NCBI GenBank assembly: GCA_964016885.1 | Contig: OZ024742.1 | Span: 49,290,001-49,354,000 of the forward strand | DNA from: Eledone cirrhosa | Taxonomy: Eukaryota | Reading direction: 5' to 3' | Length of the DNA stretch: 64,000 bases | Shown: piece by piece, positions 28,308 to 40,396 of the stretch | How positions within the stretch are numbered: position 1 is the first letter of the stretch | Layout: the number at the start of each line of letters is the position of its first letter | Position numbers and translations under genes: made by a program | Notes under the pieces: model-generated | Told to the model about the DNA's origin: nothing | What the model saw: the letters and a program-made list of their open reading frames with translations, nothing else | Databases searched by the model: none

Positions 28308-29411
28308 AGTACGGAAAATGCCCCTGTAGATAGAAAATCGACAGAGGTGCATCTGTACATTTTTTCTGTGTTTTCTCAACTATTATTTATAGTGATTGTT
28401 TATTTCTATGGTCATCTCTGCATTGGAACGACTACATTTCAAATTTGAAAATATCCCTATGCTTCTAAATCTAACAGTTGTTTATATATATAATTATATA
28501 AGGAAAAGAATTCATATCTATCTAGCTATAAAAGACATATGCACACACACATATATGGATACATATATACCTACATATATATATATACACATACACTTAC
28601 AATCAGACATGGATGGACACACAGACCAATGACAGAAAAATATGAAGAACATAAGTAAGTTCCTTGAGAATAAGAATATATATATTTCTATAGCAATCAG
28701 TCGTGTTGTCCCATATAATTTTCTTCCTCTATTCATTTTTGTATCGTTGATGAGACATTAATCATTTCCTGTGGAATGTCATTGTATTTGGAATCAATTT
28801 TTTTTTTGTCCTTAATATCTCTTTCTATACTCCATCGCTCTTATTTCCTCTCTATCACTTCATTTCTTTTCTTTACCATTGTTTACTCATCTTCTTCTTT
28901 CATTGATCACCAATTTCCTGCTATAATTGAATTGATTATTGATTCTGAAGCATAATTGCATGAAACAACATATAATATCGTTGTCTGCATCTATTCACAA
29001 GAGAGAAAGATTGAGAAGGGTAGAGGTAAGGGCAGGGAGATATATATAGAGAGAGGGGGAGATAATATTCAGTCAGTAGTGACTGTTTTGGAGAGTCAGA
29101 AAACTATGATTTAGAACTGGAACAATATGACTTATTTTGTCTGTGTAATGGACATATGGGAAAACCACTGCACACACATTTATACAGAACATACCAAATG
29201 CAGAAACATGTACACAGACAAAAGTAATATCTGTGTATCTATTATTATCAATGTTTTATATTATTTTTATGTATGAGAGTTTAAACATATTTAAATGTAT
29301 ATCATATTATATATGTGAGTGTGTGTGAGTACACACACATACATATGATGCTGTGTAATGATACAGAAAATATATATATACATGTGTTTGAAAATGTGTC
29401 CCCAAGCTAAA

Positions 29412-29765
29412 ATCATCATCATCATCATTTTACGTCTGCTTTTCCCTGCTTGCAAGGGTGGGACGGGAACTGATTCTGGCTTGCTTTCTACAGATGGATG
29501 CCCTTCCTAACACCAACCTCATTTACAGTGAGTACTGGGTCCTTTTTTTCCGTGGCACCTACACCTCCACTTTACAGTGTGGGCTGGGTGTTTTTTTTGC
29601 AGTGCAACCTCCACGACCACATCTCATTTCTACAGCTGAATAAAATGGAGCAATGTGAAATAAAGTGTCTTGCTCAAGGAAACAACACATCACCCGTTAC
29701 GAGAATTGAACTCACAACCTTTCGATTGCAAGCCCAATGCTCTAACCACTAAGCCATACACCTTC
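29412..29765 (-). mobile_element. S1 SINE with intact tRNA-like head
   Basis: A box TGGCTTAGTGG, B box GTTCAATTC, CORE-like block, RTE tail with (GAT)n. Confidence 0.88.
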
Positions 29766-29774
29766 ATTAGCAGC

Positions 29775-29896
29775 AAATGCTTACGGCACCTAGGATTCCC
29801 GAGCGGTCACCCATCTAAGTACTAATTAGGCTCGATGTTGCTTAACTTTGGTGATTGGACGAGAACCGGTGTTTTCAGCATCATATGGCCGTAAAC
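29775..29896 (-). rRNA. 5S rRNA: Full-length dispersed 5S rRNA copy, probable pseudogene
   Basis: Minus strand GTTTACGGCCATATGATGCTGAAAACACCGGTTCTCGTCCAATCACCAAAGTTAAGCAAC...TTAGTACTTAGATGGGTGACCGCTCGGGAATCCTAGGTGCCGTAAGCATTT. Helix I pairs. It has CpG-decay changes and only a T3 terminator. Confidence 0.92.
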
Positions 29897-29920
29897 TATA
29901 TATATAGGAAGAGAGTAGAG

Positions 29921-30012
29921 TCAGGACACCGACGGCTGAGCTCCGGCCATTTCGACAGCTAGATTCAACAGTTGGATCCGAAACGGCCGGAGCTCAGCCG
30001 TTGCGGTCCTGA
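29921..30012. repeat. GC-rich hairpin between (TA)n tracts
   Basis: TCAGGAC..ACGGCTGAGCTCCGGCC.TTTCG pairs with CGAAA.GGCCGGAGCTCAGCCGT..GTCCTGA. Confidence 0.85.
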
Positions 30013-30043
30013 TATATTTATATATATTTATATATATATATAA

Positions 30044-30122
<79 letters not shown>

Positions 30123-30127
<5 letters not shown>

Positions 30128-30948
30128 TGAGATTCTACAGGACTAGAACTGTTTCATTCTTTAGAAATCATCAGGAATCTGGGTGTCAAAAAATAAGTAT
30201 GGTATTTATACAAGTGGTAGGAGAGGGTGGGGAGTGGGATGGGTGTAGGTCATTGGTTGATAGAAAAGGGAATTCATTAAAAGCTAATTCTACAAAGCTA
30301 TAGTTTATTTTTATTTATATTTTTATTTATTTTTGTTTTTAGAGTAACAAAGGCAGACAGAATTCTATAAACAGGTTCAGGATGGCATGCCATTCCTTAT
30401 TATTAAGTTTCTCTTAAGCTAACAGGTGTCTGTTGTTTTTTGGCATATAGTTGAATAGTTTAAGAGTAATTTGAGGATAATTGTAAGATATGCACATAAT
30501 ATTCTGAATTTGTCTACAGAATTCTCTAAACCTTTGTCACTTAGTAGAACCTTAATGATTTTAGCTTTTAAAGAATCTCCCTTTCCTTTAAATCTATCTA
30601 CCATGACTGACCCCCTACTGATCTTATAGACACCTGTTAGCTTAAGAGAAACTTAATAATAAGGATTAAATAAAAATATAAATAAAAATAAACTATAGCT
30701 TTGTAGAATTAGCTTTTAATGAATTCCCTTTTCTATCAACCAATGACCTACACCCATCCCACTCCCCACCCTCTCCTACCACTTGTATAAATACCATACT
30801 TATTTTTTGACACCCAGATTCCTGATGATTTCTAAAGAATGAAACAGTTCTAGTCCTGTAGAATCTCATCTATATTAAAACTTTTATACTCTGCAATGTA
30901 TTGAGTACCTTACTTACTGTGGTTACCTCCGATTCAACCCGGAATAAC

Positions 30949-30950
<2 letters not shown>
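30123..30950. mobile_element. PLE-like fold-back element with ~250-bp inverted arms and an HHR in each
   Basis: 30123-30430 versus 30628-30873, with a ~65-bp indel. HHRs at 30130-30180 (minus) and 30816-30866 (plus). Related to the tail at 39871-39985. Confidence 0.82.
30816..30866 (+). ncRNA. Type I hammerhead ribozyme motif
   Basis: agattc-CTGATGA-t-ttc-taaa-gaa-t-GAAAC-agttcta-GTC-ctgta-gaatct. Stem I is offset by a 5-nt bulge. Confidence 0.68.
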
Positions 30951-30982
<32 letters not shown>

Positions 30983-31517
30983 TCACACAGAAATAAGTCA
31001 TCAAGTTCAACATTATTTATTTGATCTAATTGTGTTTCATTCTCTTAGAGAATGAAACGAAAGTTGATAATGTGTTAACTGTTGAACATGGCAACTTATT
31101 TCTTTGTGAATGTAAGCTCTGTGATTTAAATCTAAGATGACCAGAAGTATACCAACAGGATTTAACTCTGAAATACCCCTCATTATGCTGGATATAAAAT
31201 AAAACAAATTTGAGCTTTAAATAAATATCTAAACACCTTACTGTTGTTTTATCAACTTAGAGAATTATATCATCATCATCATCATCATCACTGATTTACG
31301 TCCATTCTTCCACGCTAACATGGGTTTGATGGGTTATCCTGTTGTGGGCAGTGCCTGGTCAGCTGACCTTGTCTTGCTCATGCGGGAACTGATTCTGATA
31401 TATATATGTATATTTATGTACATATATATATACATATATATGTGTATGTGTGTGGGTGTCTGTGTAAATGAAAGAATAATAATTGCCAAGGCTCAATACT
31501 TTAATACATTATTTAAT

Positions 31518-31589
31518 TGATTTACACGTTTCATTCAACAACAACAGGAGGTAGCATTTAATTCCTTTGTAGAGAAATCGTCACAACCA
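31518..31589 (-). ncRNA. Decayed hammerhead (core GTGACGA)
   Basis: tggtt-GTGACGA-tttc...gaat-GAAACGTGTA-aatca. Stem III looks like a CpG-decayed ACGCGT. Confidence 0.55.
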
Positions 31590-31610
31590 GTAGATAATAT
31601 ATATATATAT

Positions 31611-32893
31611 ATAGTGAGGCAACTAGAAGAGAGGTTCTTAGAGAAGAATAAGCCACTATACTTAGCTTTTGTTGACCCAGCGAAGGCCTTTGATAGGGTA
31701 CACCAATCTGGTGGTCCCTAAGGAAACTAGCTGTAGAGGAATGGCTTGTGAGGACAGTGCAAGCTATGTACAGGGGTGCTGTCAGTAAAGTGAGAATAGG
31801 AATGGAGTTTAGTGAGGAATTCCAGATACAAGTAGGTGTACATCAGGATTTGGTCCTCAGACCGCTCTTGTTCATTATAGTCCTCCAAGCCCATGGGAAC
31901 TTCTCTATGCTGATGATCTGGTTCTTATAGCAGAATCAGTAGAGGAGCTAGAGAATAAATTCTGGATATGGAAAGAGCAATTGGAATCAAGACGCCTGAG
32001 AGTGAACATAGCTAAAACAAAACAAAAGTGTTGATAAGTAGAAGAGAGGACAATACTCTGATTCCATCGGGGAAATGGCCATGTTCGATATGTAGGAAAG
32101 GAACTAGCCTAAATTCTATAAAATGTACGCAATGCAGATCTTGGGTACACAAGAGGTGTAGTGGGATAGCAGGCAAACTAACAAGTAGGGAAAACTACGT
32201 ATGCAGTAGATGTACAGGGAAAGTTGGCCATAGTAATCGCAGTGATAGACACATTTTTCCAATGCAGGTGGGTTCTATAGAAGTGGTTGATAGCTTCCGT
32301 TACCTAGATGATCAGATTAGCGTGGGAGGGGGGTGTTCTGAGGCCATAGTATCTAGAATAAGTACGGGTTGGTAGAAGTTTAGGGAGCTGCTTCCTCTGC
32401 TGATGAAGAAGGGTTTCTCTCTGCGAACGAAAGGACGGTTATATGATGCCTGTGTGAGATGCATGATGCTGCATGGTAGCAACTGCAGAAGATATGCGAC
32501 AGCTGGAGAGAAATGAAGCCAGTATGCTCTGTTGGATGTGCAATGTCAATGTGCATGAACGACCAAGCATAGACGAGTTGAGAAAGAAACTGGGTATAAG
32601 AGGGATAAGTTGTGGTGTGCAGGAGAGAAGGCTGAGATGGTATGGACACGTAATGACTTCTGGGTAAAGAAGTGCCAAGAAATCCCAGTAGAAGGAAGAC
32701 GTAGTAGAGGTAGACCACGAAAAACATGGGCGGAGGTGGTGAGAGCAGGCTTCAGATCGCTGAAACTCACCGAGGAGATGACGAAGGACCGTGACAAGTG
32801 GAGAGATGCTGTGCTGAATAGGACCCATCCAACCCTTGCAAGCAGGGAAAAGCGGACGTAAATTGATGATGATGATAATGATGATGATGATGA
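31611..32893 (+). mobile_element. 5'-truncated RTE-clade LINE (RT C-terminal part, frameshifted) with intact 3' end
   Basis: LYLAFVDPAKAFDRV, GVHQ, LLYADDLVL, a Cys/His finger, FRYL, RRLRWYGHV, RGRPRKTW, (GAT)n tail. Inserted in (TA)n. Confidence 0.93.
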
Positions 32894-32991
32894 TATATAT
32901 ATATATATGAAAACAGGGAGAAAAAGACGATTATTAGGAAGAAAAAACATTTTTTTTTTCCCTTTTTATATATATATATATATATATATAT

Positions 32992-33462
32992 GAGAGTATT
33001 GAAGTTTGCTTGAAGCATTGTGGAATAATAAAGTAAATTTCTTTAAGTCGTTTGGAAGCCTCGACAATGCAGATGGGTAAATCTCCGGGTAACAAGATCC
33101 GGTGGTGGAGCGAGAGATGTAAGTGGGTGTACGTTGAGATGCGTGGCGTGTAGAAGAATGTAGCGTGTAGAGGAATGTAGGAAAGAGCGTAAAGCATAAA
33201 AATAAAAATAACAACACAAGATAGAGTTACCTTGGGAGAGATTTATTTGTCCCTATATATTTCGGATTCACATCCATCAACTGGGGGTTTCTTCCGGGGC
33301 GGGGTGGCTGGGTGGGTGCGAAACGTGTCCTCCGCTGTTCGTTGTTTTGAATATCTTGATATTCAAAACAACGAACATCGGAGAATACGTTTCGCCCCTT
33401 TCCGACAGACAACCTCCCCCCTCCCGGAAAAAAACCCAGTTGATGGATGTGAATGTCGAAAA
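32992..33462 (-). mobile_element. PLE-like element with a ~200-bp palindrome and variant HHR-like motif
   Basis: 33260-33461 is a fold-back centred near 33357. Minus 33251-33286 reads ccc-CAGTTGA-t-ggat-gtga-atcc-GAAATATATA-ggg. Confidence 0.6.
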
Positions 33463-33742
33463 GTGTAACTAAAATCCCAGTCCTTTAGAACATTTAGGGT
33501 ACATAATTGTTATTAGTGTCAAAGGCATCATGTGGAGAGTCAGGAGTTAAAAAGATGTTCCTCCTGAAAGAACACAATTACAGGCAGCACTGGTTGGAAG
33601 TGTAATAGGTATAAGTAAAAAGCACAAGCAAAAAAAACAAAAAAAAACAGCTAGTACTTGGCACTACCCTACATATTATATATCAAACATATATAAATAT
33701 AAATATAAATATTCTTATTACTATATATATATATATATATAA

Positions 33743-33990
33743 AGATGGCGTAGACATACAATACAACAGGAGGAAACATAATAACACCACTGACGATGTT
33801 GCAGATGTGCAACGAAAAAACTTTGTTAGACTATATATATGTGTTTGTGTCTATATTATATCTGTATTTTTGACCGTTGGTTAGTTAATGGTAAACATTG
33901 AGGACCGAATAAATTAACTAATATAAAAATACAGAATCGAAAACCAACCAAACAGTGAGTGTGTTCTGTTATTAATTCTGGCAATATTAT
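33743..33990 (+). mobile_element. PLE 3' fragment with HHR (33782-33828), same family as 41421-42353
   Basis: CTGACGA-t-gttgca-gatg-tgcaac-GAAA, and collinear homology to the reverse complement of 41450-41712. Confidence 0.8.
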
Positions 33991-34156
33991 TAAGGTTTTC
34001 GCTCTACATGGCTGATTACAATAAATGTAATCTGAGTTTTTCGAATATTAATAATAAAATTTGATTCGTTTGCAATTATGCAAACAACCCTCATTTTTAA
34101 AGCCATGTCAGTAGAATCAACAACTTCATTATTGCTCTTGTGTTGGCATGTAAACA

Positions 34157-34206
34157 GAACTGCAGACACTAATGTTTCTGGGTATCACCCTTCATCAGTA
34201 CAGCTC
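34157..34206 (-). ncRNA. Hammerhead motif with slightly decayed stem III
   Basis: gagctgta-CTGATGA-a-gggt-gat-accc-a-GAAACATT-agtgtc-tgcagttc. Confidence 0.62.
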
Positions 34207-34895
34207 ACTGTAAATATATATATATATATCTGACAAACAACGCTCAGACAATTATAATAATATTGTTAAACTCTGAAGAATCTGATTTATCACGGTGTTA
34301 ACACAATGCAAAAATATTGGAAATTGCATTTTCTGATAAATCCCATTGGATGTAGTAAGAGAAAGGGATAAAAAACAAAAATCAACCTCAGTGCTGGATT
34401 GGTACTTTATTTTTCAACCTCAAAATCATGAATAGTATAGTTGACATAGATGGCATTGGAACTCAGATCACAGTGAACCAGAATATATACCAAGACATTA
34501 AATATGATGCCTCAATGACTCTGTCAATGCACCTGATATGTATTTACTATATATAATAATTACCCTCCTCTACTGATTTTGCTTTATCTGTATCCCTTTC
34601 GCTCTTTCTGTTTCTCTGTCTGTCAGTCTGTCTCAATCTCTGTTTCTCTTTCTCTCTTTCTTGTCTCATAGCTTCTATCATAGCTCATTGTTAATTATTA
34701 ACATAGTCATCTAGATGTTAGCAATCCACTCTGTTGGTACCAGCCACCTCGGAATGGTATGTCTTAATAAATTTGGAATTGTTGTTCCAGATGATTCCAG
34801 TCAAATAGCACAGTAGATACATGATGAAGAAACATCTAGAATATATGAGGCATTAATCTAGTTTTCTATTTTGTCATTTGAAATTCTTTTTCTAC

Positions 34896-34940
<45 letters not shown>

Positions 34941-35176
34941 CATGTTTGTATTTGGGTGTGTCCGCATTCATCTGTGTGTAAATATATAAAATTACTACCT
35001 TCATATTTACTTATAAAAACTAAATAATACCCAGTTAGGTTTTGCAGAGATGTTCCTATTTCTGCATTCATTTAGATTTATCCTTTAGTTTATACAAATA
35101 TTATGTCTTTAAAAATAATAAAAACAACAACAGAATATTAATAACTATAATAATAACTCAACAATAACAATAATAA

Positions 35177-36593
35177 TTGTTTCTACTTTAGGCACAAGGC
35201 CAGCAATTACCCAGTGCATTACTGGTACTTTATTTTATCGACCCCGTAAGGATAAAAGGCAAAGTCAACCTCGGCGGGATTTGAACTCAGATCGTAAAGG
35301 GACGTAACTATGCTGGAAAGCATGGCGTCCGACCCGCTACTGATACTGCCAATCCACCGCCCTTATCAATAACAATAATAATGATTTCTAATTTACGAAC
35401 AAGGCCTACACATTTTTGTGGGAAGGAAAAAGTCAATTATATCGAACCCAGAACATGACAGATAGTTTATTTTATTGAGCTGGAAAGACTGAAAGCAAAG
35501 TTGGCCTTTGTGAGAAATGATAACATTGATAACAATAACAATAACAAATATACAATAACAAAAATAAGCCCATGCAAGTATCGTGATATTAATGATGATA
35601 TTCATAACAACAAGAACAAGAACAACAATAACAATAACAATAATAATAATAATAATTATTATTATTATTATTGTTATAATAATAATTATTGTTATAATAA
35701 TAATGATAATAATTATTATTTCTAATTTTGGCACAAGGCAAAGCTAACCTCTAATAATAATGGTTTCTTATATAGGCACAAGGCCAGTAATTTGGGGGAG
35801 GGCAAAGTCGATTAAATCGACCCCAGTGCTTGACTGGTACTTTATTTTATCGACCCCATAAGGATGAAAGGCAAAGTTAATCTCGGCGGGATTTGAGCTC
35901 AGATTATAAAGAGCCGTAACTCTATGCTGCAAAGCATGGTGTCCGACCCTCTACCGATACTGCCAATCCACCGCCCAATAATAATAATAATATTAATAAT
36001 AATGATAATAATAATATTTCTCTTACAGAATCTAAATAATGCTTAATGTCCATTTTCACCTCTTCTGATAAAATGATATTTCCTGTTCCTTAAATAGTGT
36101 GGTAAATTCAACCTGACAATTAACTAATTAATATCAGCTGACATAGTTGATTTTCAGGAAAATTACCATCAGATAATTCAAACCAGCATCTAGTCACCAC
36201 CATATATTTGAATACATTTTTGTTAATGCTTGCAGGTATATGTAATTTTAGATATGAGTGTGCCTGTGTGTGTAGCTCATATGGGTCTACTATATGTGCC
36301 TGTATCTGTAAGTGAGATATAAATGAAATTTTCAGGTACAACTAATTAACGAATGATAAAAAATATTCGCATATTTTGAAGATGGAATTTGTATAGTTAA
36401 TATATAGATTAATATAATTGTTTCTACTTTTGGCACAAGGCCAGCAATTACCCAGTGCATTACTGGTACTTTATTTTATCGACCCCGTAAGGATGAAAGG
36501 CAAAGTTAACCTCGGTGGGATTTGAACTCAGAATGGCAAGGGCTATAACTCGATGCGTCAAAGCATGGCGTCAGACCCTCTACCGATACTGCC
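35177..36593 (-). mobile_element. Cluster of S2 Nin-domain tRNA-SINEs (35177-35362, about 35390-35510, 35760-35975, 36415-36593) in (AAT)n-rich DNA
   Basis: Repeated CTGGTACTTTATTTTATCGACCCC.TAAGGATGAAAGGCAAAGT.AACCTCGG.GGGATTTGAACTCAG and head GATACTGCCAATCCACC. Confidence 0.85.
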
Positions 36594-36727
36594 ATTAATG
36601 TTGTTTAATTACATAAAACACACACACATGCAAATAGTTCTGTATGTACTCACGTACAGATCTATATTTGCATCTATACAAATTAAATGTAGGTGTATAT
36701 ATATACATACACACATATATATATATA

Positions 36728-36759
<32 letters not shown>

Positions 36760-36783
36760 CAGACATACATATATATATATTTT

Positions 36784-37107
36784 CTATGGCGGGTAAAATT
36801 CCCGAGAGCCATGGATGAGCTCTCTCCAGCGGTCTCTGTCCCTCATTATCGCTGCCATGTCCTGCATCTCCAACAGACCAGTGTCTGTCCTTAGGGCATC
36901 AACATACGTTAACCTTGGTCTTCCTCTTCCAGCATGTCCAGCTAACCTCAGTCTCCTCTGTAAAGACCTGAAAATCTGCCTCTTCATTGCTGTAGTGGAG
37001 TCTGTGCTGCTGTACGGGTCTGAGACTTGGACACTGACCAAGAAACTCACTCAGATGGTGGATGGGTGCTACACAAGAATGCTGAGGATGGCTCTGAACA
37101 TTAATCA

Positions 37108-37108
<1 letters not shown>
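36784..37108. mobile_element. RTE-type LINE 3' fragment with internal inversion (second RTE family)
   Basis: Minus 36784-36958: LRLAGH..GRGRPRLTYVDAL...DRDRWR. Plus 36960-37108: VESVLLYGSETWTLTK..DGCYTRMLRMALN. Confidence 0.85.
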
Positions 37109-37167
<59 letters not shown>

Positions 37168-37169
<2 letters not shown>

Positions 37170-37503
37170 TCATCATCATCACAGTTTTACACCCATTCTT
37201 TCACCTTAGCTTGGGTTAGACGGGTTGTCCTGTTGTGGGCAATGCCTGGCCGGGTGACCTTGTATTGCTCATACTGGAACTGATTTTGGGTTGATTTCTA
37301 CAGCTGGATGCTCTTCCTAACACCAACTTCATTTACAGTGAGTAGGTGCTTTTTAACAGTGGCACCTACACAACGACTTTACAGTGTGGGCTGGGTGCTT
37401 TTTAGTTGTGATACCTCCATGACTACTTTGCAGTGGGAGGGGCGGGGGCATATTGTCTATATGCTTCAGCTTCGACTTGTACCTGTGGGAAGTCAGGTCA
37501 TCC
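37168..37503 (-). mobile_element. S3 SINE-like element, near full length
   Basis: Collinear with 1636-1834 plus 5914-6046. (CAT)n tail abuts (TA)n. Confidence 0.82.
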
Positions 37504-38592
37504 TTGTTTTTTACATACATTTCTCCATGTTTGAATAGGTTATATGTGTCTCTTCCCTTACAGCATCGCTCTACATTTCTATTTTCTATGTCATTCCTTT
37601 GTGAGGTTAAATATTTCAAGATCAGCTTTTATCACTTTTCTACCCTGGTTTTTCTTCATTTTTGGTATGGGCAAAGGAAGTTATTTATTGTAATCACAAA
37701 TAATGGTATCATGGGTTTTATTATAAAAGTCTATACCAAACACTTTATTTAACATGAATTAAAAATCATCTCTTTATTAAAATCAAAGCATTGCATATTA
37801 CTGAATGTATGGAGAGATAACTTCTCATGGAGTCTGAGGGTCAGATTCGTGTTTTGAGTATATTAAACCTGGTAGAGCCCTTTCTGTCCAGGTTTGAACA
37901 TAGTTAATTTCTTCCAAATGGAGAGAGAGAGAGTGAGAGTGAGAGGGTGTGATAAAAATGAAGTGACAAAAGTATATTGAGGAAGAATCAATGCCAGTAA
38001 TAGACTGATACTCTTTTATTGAGTTTTGCAGAATTCTAACTAAGAGTGTGGAGAGCTGCAACAAATACCACAAAAGCATTCTATCCAATGTTCTAATAAC
38101 TCTGCTAATTCACTGCATATTCCTATTTTTTTTATCAAAATTTTCAAATAAATTGTATTTTTTAATTGTTCATTCCAAATCAAGATACTATGCTATTCGT
38201 AGGATATGTTTATGCAGTATTATATTAAGATATATTTTTTAATTTAGGCATATGCTAAATTTTTATATTCGAGAGAAGAGCATAATACAAAATCAATAAT
38301 AGGTTTATAAATTTGTTTTTAAACTATTAAATTTAGTCTGATAAAGGAAAGTCTGAAACGAAAAATAACGGGGTATTGTGTTGCTCCAATCAGCAAAATC
38401 ATGGTGTAATAAGGAAAAAGCATTCGGCATCATGTGTATTCTACCAATTTTTATATGACTTTGCATGGGTAGTGCAGGACAGAGTTGAATACATTAATTC
38501 ATTTTCCTTACTGCTGATTGGAGCAACACAATCGCGGCCCCAGTTGCCTATTAGGAAACGCCAGGCAACACAAATATATAAAAATATATATA

Positions 38593-38642
<50 letters not shown>

Positions 38643-39054
38643 AATATATAAAAATATATATATATATACTTCAAAGGCAGACCTGTATTAGCTGAGTCAA
38701 ATTTGTGTGTGTGTGTGTGTATATATGTGTGTATATATATACGCTAGTAGAAATTATGCTCCAAATATTTATTTCCCATATATTACAAGAAGACATAATA
38801 TAGTATATTATGTTTTAAATATGTTATTTCATTCTCTTTGAGAATAGTTGAGATATATTGCCAAGGGCTATATTCTCACAACGTCATCAATAGATGACAA
38901 CATTGTTATACATTATCCTATTACAACTAAACTTAGCAAAATTCTCCAAGCATAGTCTGTAGTCGGTATCATACTTACTGTGTAATATTTTATGATCTAG
39001 TGGCTGCATTCAAAGAGAATTAGATTGCATTGCTTATTCATATTGAATACATAT

Positions 39055-39243
39055 GGTGGATTGGCAGTATCGGTAGAGGGTCAGACGCCATGCTTTGATG
39101 TATAGAGTTATGGCACTTGCCATTCTGAGTTCAAATTCCGCTGAGGTTAACTTTGCTTTTCATCCTTACGGGGCGATAAAATAAAGTACCAGTAATGCAG
39201 TGGGTAATTGCTGGCCTTGTGCCAAAAGTAGAAACAATTATTA
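39055..39243 (+). mobile_element. S2 Nin-domain tRNA-SINE
   Basis: TGGATTGGCAGTATCGGTAGAG...GAGTTCAAATTCC..GAGGTTAACTTTGC.TTTCATCC...GGCCTTGTGCCAAAAGTAGAAAC(AAT)n. Confidence 0.88.
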
Positions 39244-39264
39244 TTAATTCTCCATTTCAATATG

Positions 39265-39833
39265 GATTATCCTTTCTGTTACCATAATTCTGATAAAAGA
39301 TGGTACTGGTCATTAACCCTTTTGTTACCATATTTCTGATAAAAGATGGTACCGGTCATTAACCCTTTTGTTACCATATTTCTAATGGAAGACACTGTTT
39401 GTATCATTAACCCATTCATTACCATATATCTAATGAAAGACACCGTCTATGTCATTAACCTATTTGCTACTATATTTCTAATGAAATACACTGTGTATGT
39501 CATTAACCCTTTCGTTACCATATTTGTAATGAAAGACACTACCTATGTCATTAAACCTTTTGTTACCATATTTCTAACGAAAGCTACTGCCTTTATCATT
39601 GACCCCCTTCATTCCCATATTTCTAAATTACACTGCCTATGTCATTAACCCTTTCGTTACCATATTTTAAATGAATGATAGTGGTTATTTCATTAACTCT
39701 TTTGTTTTCATATTTCTAATAAAAGAAACTGCCTATGTCATTAACTTTTTCATTACTATATTTCTAATGAAAACACTGCTTATGTCACTAATACTTTTTT
39801 TACTATATTTCTAATGAAAGACATTGCCTATGA
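39265..39833 (+). repeat. 48-bp minisatellite, about 12 copies, derived from a MITE terminus
   Basis: Unit CATTAACCCTTTCGTTACCATATTTCTAATGAAAGACACTGCCTATGT at 39311, 39357, 39405, 39453, 39501, 39549, 39597, 39643, 39691, 39739 and 39786. Confidence 0.92.
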
Positions 39834-40050
39834 TTTTCAAATCATTTGGAAAATAATCAAGAATTTGGAGGGATTCTTGATTATATCAAATGAATGAAAC
39901 AGTTCTAGTCCAATAGAAACCATTTCTATATGAAATAAGTATATAATTTCTCTGCTTATGTATTGAGTACCTTATTTAGCTGTGGTTTCTTTCCAATGCC
40001 CTTTGGAAAATCATTCTTAATTTTGTATTTTATATTTATATATATGTCCC

Positions 40051-40092
<42 letters not shown>

Positions 40093-40106
40093 ATATATAT
40101 ATATAT

Positions 40107-40305
40107 AGAAAAAGCACCCAGCACTCACTGTAAATGAGGTTGGTGTTAGGAAGGGCATCCAGCTGTAGAAATCAAGCCAGATCAGTTCCTGTATGAGCAA
40201 GGCATGGTCAGCCGACCAGACACTGCACACAACAGGACAACCCGTCTAACCCATGCTAGCGTGGAAGAACGGATGTAAAACGGTGATGATGATGATGATG
40301 ATGAT
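40107..40305 (+). mobile_element. S3 SINE 3' half
   Basis: Reverse-complement homolog of 1636-1834 with the same junction to the TA tract. Confidence 0.82.
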
Positions 40306-40312
40306 ATATATA

Positions 40313-40396
<84 letters not shown>

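Noticed and set aside
28670-28700. Minus-strand CTGATTG-ctata-GAAATATATATA
   Set aside because: Non-canonical core, no stem I and a single copy.
38338-38362. CTGATAA-aggaaagtct-GAAACG
   Set aside because: Core mismatch and no stem I or stem III pairing.
39346-39648. 100-aa ORF with 16-aa repeats; CRISPR-like periodicity
   Set aside because: Product of the 48-bp minisatellite. There are no unique spacers and no cas genes, and the context is eukaryotic.
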